Positions 26,801 through 32,000 of a stretch of DNA of 32,000 bases are shown here, in pieces. This stretch comes from an uncultured Chloroflexia bacterium. GTDB lineage: Bacteria; Chloroflexota; Ktedonobacteria; Ktedonobacterales; JADMIN01. The stretch spans positions 120,001-152,000 of the forward strand of contig CAVRAI010000006.1 in assembly GCA_963718915.1 (NCBI GenBank), in the 5' to 3' direction. Position numbers and translations under genes: made by a program. A model generated the notes under the pieces. The model worked only from the letters and a program-made list of their open reading frames with translations, did no database searches and had not been told where the DNA came from. Each line of letters opens with the position of its first letter. The first letter of the stretch is position 1.

Positions 26801-28640
26801 GGCGACGTTGGGCGGACTGGTGGGTGTCGTGCTCATAGCCGCCTGTCTGTTTGTTCCACCGCTCGCGCTTGCGAACTCCACAGGCATGTTCGCTCCGCTG
26901 ATATACAACACGCCCATCGCGAAGCTGACGGGCATACCACCAGCGTCTTGGAACCTTACCGATACCTCTGGAGGCGGCGAGCATTCCACTCCAGGGGACA
27001 ACACTCTAGCGAGCGCTATTAGCAGTGATAATACTTCCACACAGGGGCACTTCGAATCCTATAAACGGTTGCCAGGCGCGATCCTCCATCATCCGCTGGG
27101 CTACGGCGTCGGAAGCGCTGGAGCTGTCGGCTCGCGCTATGATACGGGCCTCAATGCGGAGAGCGCTTACCTGCCAGTCGGCGTGGAGCTTGGTTTGCCG
27201 GGACTGCTGCTCTACCTGGGAATATTCCTGGCATCGCTGTTCGCCATATGGAATGCGATTCGTTCGCGACTTGATCTGCTTCACCGAGCGGTGTTCGTGG
27301 GAGTGCTTGCGGCGTGGGTGTTTGTGCTGGTCGATGGTGTTGTTGCCGAGATAACGCTGAACTTCTTCGTTCTGTATGTCATGCTCTGGCTCACAGGATC
27401 CGCGGTGACTTTGGTACGCCAGAGCAGGGTTGTGCCGGACGGAATCCATGATACGTTTCAGGCCGTACGTCCCCTTCGTATCGCGATGGATGTGCAGTGT
27501 TTGCGCAGTGCGAGCACGGGCGTTCGGGTCTATGTGGATGAGCTTCTGGCGCGATTCGGTCAGCAAGATGTTCCACACGTGGTGGCGCCGATCTCAGGCC
27601 CGAAGGGTCTGCCCCCCACCAACACGGCGTTTCGTGCTATCAACCAGGGTCTGAATCTGCTCTGGGTGCATGTCCTTCTGCCAATCAGGCTTGCCCTGGG
27701 CAATTACGATGTGCTTTTCAGCCCTGAGTATCTGACGCCGATTTGGGTGCCAGTGGCCCGCGTCGTCACTTACCACGATTCTACCTTCCTCCGACGCCCT
27801 CAGGACTACAACCGTGTCTGGCACTTGATGTACCGCCTCATCACCATCCCAGCGACACGCCACGCTGATGCCATCGTGATGCCCTCACACTTCACAGCCA
27901 CAGAAGCCTCGCAGCTAGCTCATTTCGATCCTGGGCGCATCTACGTGACGCCAATGGGTCTCCCAGAATCGGGCACGTTGCGTGTGAATACATTGCGTGT
28001 GGATACACGGGCCGATCAGATCGTGTCGCGCTTCGGTGTGGCTTCAGGCACGTATCTTCTCCACGTAGGCGTGCTTGAGCACCGCAAGAATCTTGAGACC
28101 CTGGTGCGCGGTTTCGCGCTCTGGCGCCAACAGGGTGGGCCACAGCAGTTCAAGTTGGTGCTTGTTGGACACTCGCCAGTCCAGCCGACGCTCGACGACA
28201 CGCCGAATATCAGGCGCGTAATTGCGGAACTCGGCCTGGAGCAACTCGTGGTTCTCACCGGCAGGCTGACGCTGGAGGAGCGCGACGCTTTCTATGCACG
28301 GGCAGCGGCCTATGTTCTGCCCTCCAAGACTGAGGGGTTTGGGTTCCCTGTGCTGGAGGCCTTCGCGGCCAAGATTCCGCTCGTCTGCTCATTGATGGGA
28401 GCGCTACCCGAGGTTGCCGGAGACGCGGCGCTGTTCTTTGAACCCTCTTCTCCCCAGGAACTGGCGGATCACTTGAAATTACTCGCAAACGATCCCCATC
28501 TCCGTGGCGAACTGGTGCGCAAGGGTTCAGAGCGGCTCGCGAATTTCACCTGGGATCACACAGCCCAACGTACCTATGACGCGTTCGAGGCTGCGGCTGT
28601 TCGTGCCTATGCGCCGTCGAGCGCGCGTAGAACTGAGTAG
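23835..28640 (+). CDS. Fusion protein: Wzx-type polysaccharide flippase, O-antigen ligase/Wzy-like polytopic domain and GT4 (family 1 fold) glycosyltransferase
   Basis: One uninterrupted 1601-codon ORF with GAGAGG 8 nt before the ATG. Residues about 45-520 resemble Polysacc_synt/Wzx proteins (LASVLTFALASRSLGIERFGDFV..., ESFPLAFGSAFVLVYGRIDTIMLEKLTDPQQVALYGVAYKFFD). Residues about 590-1190 are polytopic and include an O-antigen-ligase-like segment (HHPLGYGVGSAGAVGSRYDTGLNAESAYLPVGVELGLPGLLLYLGIF). Residues about 1210-1601 are GT4-like (RIAMDVQCLRSASTGVRVYV..., LLHVGVLEHRKNLETLV, LPSKTEGFGFPVLEAFAAKIPLVCS). Confidence 0.8.
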   Translation: MSQHNGPKDSGTPTDRVDGIARLGQTAAVTSSSTRDGTVDVAQRRSSLASGAVIRLGGRMTKLLASVLTFALASRSLGIERFGDFVIIFAYIQLFNALANFGVDSILIRDLAQPELDRGAHRTLVHASFTSKLLLAVGVSALGVSVAVALNFSGQLLTSIVLFSPFILVTAFGTNGVFGDVLQARGDNTSIAVASAISAIVVVVGTAGASLLHASVDVFLLVYTLSNLVDAIICILTSRKFIPLGMSWSGPAIRYLLAESFPLAFGSAFVLVYGRIDTIMLEKLTDPQQVALYGVAYKFFDVLSTISATIMIVVFPSLARAFARDKEGVRRLYSQVFILMAALAIPMTVGVVVFRSQLLSLVVGEQYLAAGTAMPGLMLAIALIFPSTVASYMLIVIRKQRWNFPMAVVASILNIGLNLLLIPRFGFVAAAWVTAATEAFVIIFNVAVVAFTGHMIPSLRKMLGLIGACLPLGLAFLPHLPSYVGGIAGLLLFGGLLFVLGVVQPAQVRALLSRTPAPASAEEEDLEREYSGVLPALQYVAMADQPTMPLAAVRPGVARDQSWQTSARLKTVRPENGSQQPRQTTRGKRSVLIAAMVSLVAISAACIILLPFGVEVVALLVFAVMLASVAIRPQWGLYIFVLALPLHNLLMALLFASTGDANFVKLAQPWKEVVLGIALLRAGLPAVLEWWRTRRVRLTALDILVLLFCVVCALSVVTPSHIVPLTGKLLGFRQLVAPFAVYFLGRLAPPTRRELQWLVGALALIALVFALVAVGERTVWGDGLFVALNYGSYNATFFNFESFLPYNMGATFFTGTPNWLPRAGSLAVNPLDLASLLVIALPIVLAAMPAFKEHNARVWRLLMGLTAVMSGAALVLAFGRMSLLLLPVELLLLVVLLGIRSQWRGVVLVGLGVGIGISLFLQTSAYVLAAQDPSDRVAWSNQGMLASGVYTWLDILAPILTICGVAAIVVALITGISAMIRRRRASLARATLGGLVGVVLIAACLFVPPLALANSTGMFAPLIYNTPIAKLTGIPPASWNLTDTSGGGEHSTPGDNTLASAISSDNTSTQGHFESYKRLPGAILHHPLGYGVGSAGAVGSRYDTGLNAESAYLPVGVELGLPGLLLYLGIFLASLFAIWNAIRSRLDLLHRAVFVGVLAAWVFVLVDGVVAEITLNFFVLYVMLWLTGSAVTLVRQSRVVPDGIHDTFQAVRPLRIAMDVQCLRSASTGVRVYVDELLARFGQQDVPHVVAPISGPKGLPPTNTAFRAINQGLNLLWVHVLLPIRLALGNYDVLFSPEYLTPIWVPVARVVTYHDSTFLRRPQDYNRVWHLMYRLITIPATRHADAIVMPSHFTATEASQLAHFDPGRIYVTPMGLPESGTLRVNTLRVDTRADQIVSRFGVASGTYLLHVGVLEHRKNLETLVRGFALWRQQGGPQQFKLVLVGHSPVQPTLDDTPNIRRVIAELGLEQLVVLTGRLTLEERDAFYARAAAYVLPSKTEGFGFPVLEAFAAKIPLVCSLMGALPEVAGDAALFFEPSSPQELADHLKLLANDPHLRGELVRKGSERLANFTWDHTAQRTYDAFEAAAVRAYAPSSARRTE

Positions 28641-28739
28641 CCTTTCGGCCGCAGCACGGTTCCCACGTGCGAGACATCTGAGTTGCTGGCGTGTGGCGGT
28701 TACGCAGACTCTCCTCTCCTGCGGCAGGTGAAGCAGCGC

Positions 28740-29732
28740 CTACACGTTACGCTCTCGCCAGGGAGCGGGTCCTCGGAGCATGATCCCTATGACGTGCCAG
28801 AGCAACCTTGCACGCTGCTGTGACTTTTCTCGGAGATGCTGCTTCGGCGCGAGCAAGCCCACGAGCGCAAGTGCGCACATCATGGCGAAATAGGCGCATA
28901 GCACCGCGACGGTAAGAGTTGCTGCCTGCCACACCCCCAAATACCTATGAGCGAAATAGCGCGCGCTGTTGATGCTCGCGCCTAGTGAGCGCGGGGTGAG
29001 GCCCTTCTGCCGACTGGAACCTCCCTCGAAGTGGATGATCGTGGAGGTGGGCACATAGCGGACGACATAGCCCGCTCTTCGAATGCGATAACAGAGATCG
29101 GTGTCCTCAAAGTAGAGGAAGATATGTGGATCGAAGCCACCAACTTGCGCCAGCACATGGCTCGGAATCAGCAGTTGGCATCCAGAGAGCGTAGCAACAT
29201 CCCGTGGCGCGCTATGATCCCAGTCCCGAAGCTGCTGACGGCGCTCGCTGCGGCTAGTCAAGCCGAGATATGCGAGTATATAGCTAGCAAGTAGCACTGG
29301 CAGCGTGTACTCGTCGCGGCACGAATACTGGATCGTGTGGTCAAGATTGAGGACTCTTCCTCCAATGGCGCCGCAACGGGGCCCTAACATATCGGCGGCT
29401 GCCACGAGGCCGTCGAGAGGTTCGAGCACCTGCGTGTCGGTATTGAGGAAAAGGATATACCGTCCGGTACAGTATGGGAGCGCCTGGTTATTCCCTGCGC
29501 CGAAGCCACGATTCTCTCGGTGGTATACGCACCGTACCAGCGGGATGGCGTTTTCGAGCGAACGGAGCAACTCCTGGCTACCATCAGTGGAGGCGTTATC
29601 CGCAATGACAATCTCGTACGAGCAGCGTGTGCCTGAGCGCATGATGGAGTCAAGACACTGCTCCACGAGAGGCGCACCGTTCCAGTTGAGCAGTACAATC
29701 GAGATGTCTACGACACGGCCCCGGTCAGTCAT
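28740..29732 (-). CDS. Family 2 glycosyltransferase (rhamnosyltransferase-like)
   Basis: 330 codons with GGGGAGG upstream of the ATG. ISIVLLNWNGAPLVEQCLDSI...YEIVIADNASTDGSQELL, FGAGNNQA, ILFLNTDTQV (DxD-type motif), and a C-terminal hydrophobic segment. Confidence 0.85.
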   Translation of the reverse strand: MTDRGRVVDISIVLLNWNGAPLVEQCLDSIMRSGTRCSYEIVIADNASTDGSQELLRSLENAIPLVRCVYHRENRGFGAGNNQALPYCTGRYILFLNTDTQVLEPLDGLVAAADMLGPRCGAIGGRVLNLDHTIQYSCRDEYTLPVLLASYILAYLGLTSRSERRQQLRDWDHSAPRDVATLSGCQLLIPSHVLAQVGGFDPHIFLYFEDTDLCYRIRRAGYVVRYVPTSTIIHFEGGSSRQKGLTPRSLGASINSARYFAHRYLGVWQAATLTVAVLCAYFAMMCALALVGLLAPKQHLREKSQQRARLLWHVIGIMLRGPAPWRERNV

Positions 29733-29830
29733 CTATGCGTGACCTCCCCTCTGGTGCGCCATTATCCGCTGATAACCGTTTCGGCTTGGAATCTTCTGTC
29801 TGGCATCCGTTTGGTAAGGAAACCACGGTG

Positions 29831-31024
29831 CTACACGTCCGCGGGGACACCCTTATAGACCTCCCACAGAAGTTCATTGAACGCAGGGACGATGCGGTCG
29901 AGGGTAAAACATTGCAGCGCGCGTTGCTGACCGGCGGCGCCCATAGCGTCGCGTCGCTGCGCGCTCTTAACGAACCTGCCAAGCGCACTGGTCAACGCCT
30001 CGACATCATTGTTAGGCACGACGTAGCCGGTTTCATTGTGGGTGACCAGTTCGCGATTACCACCTACGTCGGTTGCGACCACCGGTTTGCGCGCAAACAT
30101 CGCCTGAATGATAGTTAGGCTGGCGCCTTCGCCATATCGCGACGGGGCCGCGAGAATATCCATGGCCGTCATGAGATCAGGCGCGTCGCGCCGCTCACCC
30201 AGCAAATGGAAGCGCGTCGGGTCAGGCGATTCAGCGATCAGTCGATGCAGCGTATCGATCGCGTCGGTCTGGCCCGGCACTGGCCCGCCCGCGATGAAAC
30301 AGTGCAATCGTGGGAAGTAGGGCATCAGCCGTGAGACAGCCTGTACGCACAAGTCTGGCGCTTTCATATGCGAGATACGCGCTACCATTCCGACGACGAT
30401 GTCTTCAGGGGTAAGCCCCAACTCGGCACGGACACGTTCGCGGCCACTCGCATTCATCCAGGTTCCCGGCTCTTTGCCGTTATAGATTACAACACCCTTC
30501 GCGCGAGCCTCGGGTGTCACCAGAATGTTCTCCAGCGCCGCCTGGCTCACACCGACTACGCGCTGTGAGTGCGACGGCACAAAGCGACGCATCAGGGTGA
30601 CAAGCGGCTTTGGGCCTTCGAGTGTCTCATGAATGTGCCAGACATGCGGGCGCTTCGTCCTCGTAGCGGCCAGGGCTCCGGTCCAGGGAGCAAGGGTATT
30701 CGTGTGGACGAGATCCACCTGCTCGCGCCGTATGATCTCCGAGACGGCACTTACAGAGGTGCGGACGCGGCCAAGGAAGCCTGGAAATGCTGACGGTGAA
30801 AGATACTTGCGCCGTGCCACGGCAATCGGGAATGAATGAACCAGAATGTTCGACTTTTCCAGTTCAGCGCTCAACAAGCCGCTGTACTCCATGTCGTTGG
30901 CCAACAGGACGAGCGGATTGAATCGGCTGCGATCCAGCCCACGAAGCAGGTACAGCAAAGAGATGTCGGCGCCATAGAGCTCATTACTGGGATGTAAGAA
31001 CAGCACCCGTACCGGTTCGCGCAT
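29831..31024 (-). CDS. Family 1 fold (GT4) glycosyltransferase
   Basis: 397 codons with AAGGAG upstream of the ATG. VRVLFLHPSNELYGADISLLYLLRGL..., HVWHIHE, FIAGGPVPGQ, PSRYGEGASLTIIQAMFARKPVVATDVGGNRELVTHNETGYVVP (the E..7..E-type region). Confidence 0.85.
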   Translation of the reverse strand: MREPVRVLFLHPSNELYGADISLLYLLRGLDRSRFNPLVLLANDMEYSGLLSAELEKSNILVHSFPIAVARRKYLSPSAFPGFLGRVRTSVSAVSEIIRREQVDLVHTNTLAPWTGALAATRTKRPHVWHIHETLEGPKPLVTLMRRFVPSHSQRVVGVSQAALENILVTPEARAKGVVIYNGKEPGTWMNASGRERVRAELGLTPEDIVVGMVARISHMKAPDLCVQAVSRLMPYFPRLHCFIAGGPVPGQTDAIDTLHRLIAESPDPTRFHLLGERRDAPDLMTAMDILAAPSRYGEGASLTIIQAMFARKPVVATDVGGNRELVTHNETGYVVPNNDVEALTSALGRFVKSAQRRDAMGAAGQQRALQCFTLDRIVPAFNELLWEVYKGVPADV

Positions 31025-31052
31025 GCCTTATGAATCTCCTTGGAGCTGCTCA

Positions 31053-31451
31053 TCAGTGGACCTTCGCGGAAACGTCTTTACTCGGCCAATGAACCGGTTG
31101 CAACGTGTATCGATCGTCTTCAAACTGTCCAACGAAAGGGCGATCCTTACCGGGAAAGGTATTGTAGGTTGCCAGTTTGGTAATGCTGCGGCTTAGGTCG
31201 CAGCGGCGAGGTTGCGCGGAGCGTAGACGTGCGACCCGGCGCCGACTGGAGCGAACCGGTTCGCGCATCGAGAAGCCTTCACTTGCTCTGCTGCAGACGA
31301 TCACCCCATCTGCCACACTGCGGCGGATTACCTGAATCCAGCGCACATCAATACTAGTACAACTGCATGCTTGTCCACACGAAAGTATGACTATACTCCT
31401 AACCCTATCGCTCTTGACATTGCCGCTGGCGACTCGAACATAACCGTGCAA
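31053..31451 (-). CDS. Hypothetical ORF of doubtful reality (start 31451 or Met at 31268)
   Basis: Only the distal 72 codons (MREPVRSSRRR...ATYNTFPGKDRPFVGQFEDDRYTLQPVHWPSKDVSAKVH) look at all protein-like. I see no recognisable family. It lies in the divergent promoter region between the GT4 gene and the 31484 ORF. Confidence 0.2.
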   Translation of the reverse strand: MHGYVRVASGNVKSDRVRSIVILSCGQACSCTSIDVRWIQVIRRSVADGVIVCSRASEGFSMREPVRSSRRRVARLRSAQPRRCDLSRSITKLATYNTFPGKDRPFVGQFEDDRYTLQPVHWPSKDVSAKVH

Positions 31452-31483
31452 TCAATCCGATCTGACGCCCGATAGGTTTCTCA

Positions 31484-31819
31484 ATGTATCTCCCAGTGAA
31501 GGAGAGCATGAGTTGCGCATCCTTGAGCAGTACGGCGATGGCGAACTCAGCAGCGGAGCCGGGCGCAGTGAGCCTGCTTGATCCATCCCATTGGTGGCTC
31601 GACGCCGACTCTAGCTCTGGCGCTGCTCCATTGAGCACGGCCGACGGTGGTCAGCATTGGACTATGCTCCCGTCGGCCGCCCCGTTCGCGCAGGTGTCGG
31701 CGCTCAGTTTCGTCTCCGCCACGCAGGGCTGGGCAATTGACAGTGCGGGCCTGCTGCGAACCGACGACGGGGGTGGCGCCTGGACCGTCCTGGCTCCCGC
31801 ATCGGCGGCTGCATCATGA
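31484..31819 (+). CDS. Short BNR/Asp-box repeat protein (Ycf48-like beta-propeller fragment?)
   Basis: Two S/T-x-D-G-G-x-x-W motifs (STADGGQHWT, RTDDGGGAWT), each followed by a hydrophobic strand, as in BNR/Ycf48-like propeller blades. At 111 codons it is too short for a full propeller. An alternative start is ATG 31508, just after AAGGAG. Confidence 0.4.
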   Translation: MYLPVKESMSCASLSSTAMANSAAEPGAVSLLDPSHWWLDADSSSGAAPLSTADGGQHWTMLPSAAPFAQVSALSFVSATQGWAIDSAGLLRTDDGGGAWTVLAPASAAAS

Positions 31820-31882
31820 ACGCTGAGGGTGATTTCAGAGGCGGCAGTCTGGTTCCCAGCGCCAGCGAACCTCGTCAATGGC

Positions 31883-31998
31883 CTACGACTGCCCCTGCGC
31901 GCGGCGCTGGAAAGCGATGCCTGCGCCATCTTCCGCGCGGTCGGGGTCGGCCTTTGTTAGCTCGATGAGTAGCTGGATGTCCGGGTTCGGCGCCAGTG
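31883..31998 (-). CDS. 3' end of a minus-strand gene that continues beyond the window (unknown product)
   Basis: The reverse-strand frame reads LAPNPDIQLLIELTKADPDRAEDGAGIAFQRRAQGQS* with GC-rich third positions and a stop at 31883-31885. It is absent from the ORF track because it has no start inside the window. Confidence 0.3.
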   Translation of the reverse strand, partial: LAPNPDIQLLIELTKADPDRAEDGAGIAFQRRAQGQS

Positions 31999-32000
31999 TC

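Noticed and set aside
24710-27040. Antisense ORFs inside the 1601-codon gene (24710..25216, 26210..27040 and others).
   Set aside because: The + strand frame has strong domain signatures. The antisense frames are compositionally biased and have no motifs.
31651-31929. 92-aa minus-strand ORF overlapping the BNR-repeat ORF.
   Set aside because: It is Ala/Arg/Ser-rich off-frame sequence. The + strand ORF has Asp-box motifs, and a different minus frame (31883-31998) has the more coding-like translation.

Overview
GC-rich bacterial accessory region with two blocks; I cannot place the taxon from sequence alone. Block 1 (1-23362, all + strand) is an Rhs/YD-repeat polymorphic-toxin locus. It holds one very large main rhs gene that enters from upstream. 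That gene has an SpvB/TcdB-like N-terminal region, a YD-repeat shell, two inserted ConA-like beta-sandwich domains, and an RHS core ending ...GNPxTAxDPxGH. Five 5'-truncated orphan cassettes (O2-O6) follow it. Each repeats about 0.6-1.8 kb of the same shell/core coding sequence, and O2-O5 then diverge right after DPxGH into different, more AT-rich C-terminal toxin domains (CT2-CT5). Each CT is followed by a small same-strand gene that I read as a candidate immunity gene: membrane proteins for four modules, one acidic cytosolic protein for CT2. CT3 is split by two tandem IS630-family elements inserted at a TA. A LuxR-type regulator gene sits between module 1 and O2. The main gene, O2, O3, O6 and both IS copies carry single-nucleotide frame disruptions, while O4 and O5 are intact. 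Block 2 (23835-31024) is a cell-surface polysaccharide cluster. It contains an uninterrupted 1601-codon ORF that fuses a Wzx-type flippase, an O-antigen-ligase/Wzy-like membrane domain and a GT4 glycosyltransferase, with a convergent GT2 and a second GT4 gene. The right edge holds a short BNR/Asp-box ORF and a partial minus-strand ORF. I found no rRNA, tRNA or CRISPR array by eye. All product calls rest on motif recognition in the translated ORFs, not on database searches.
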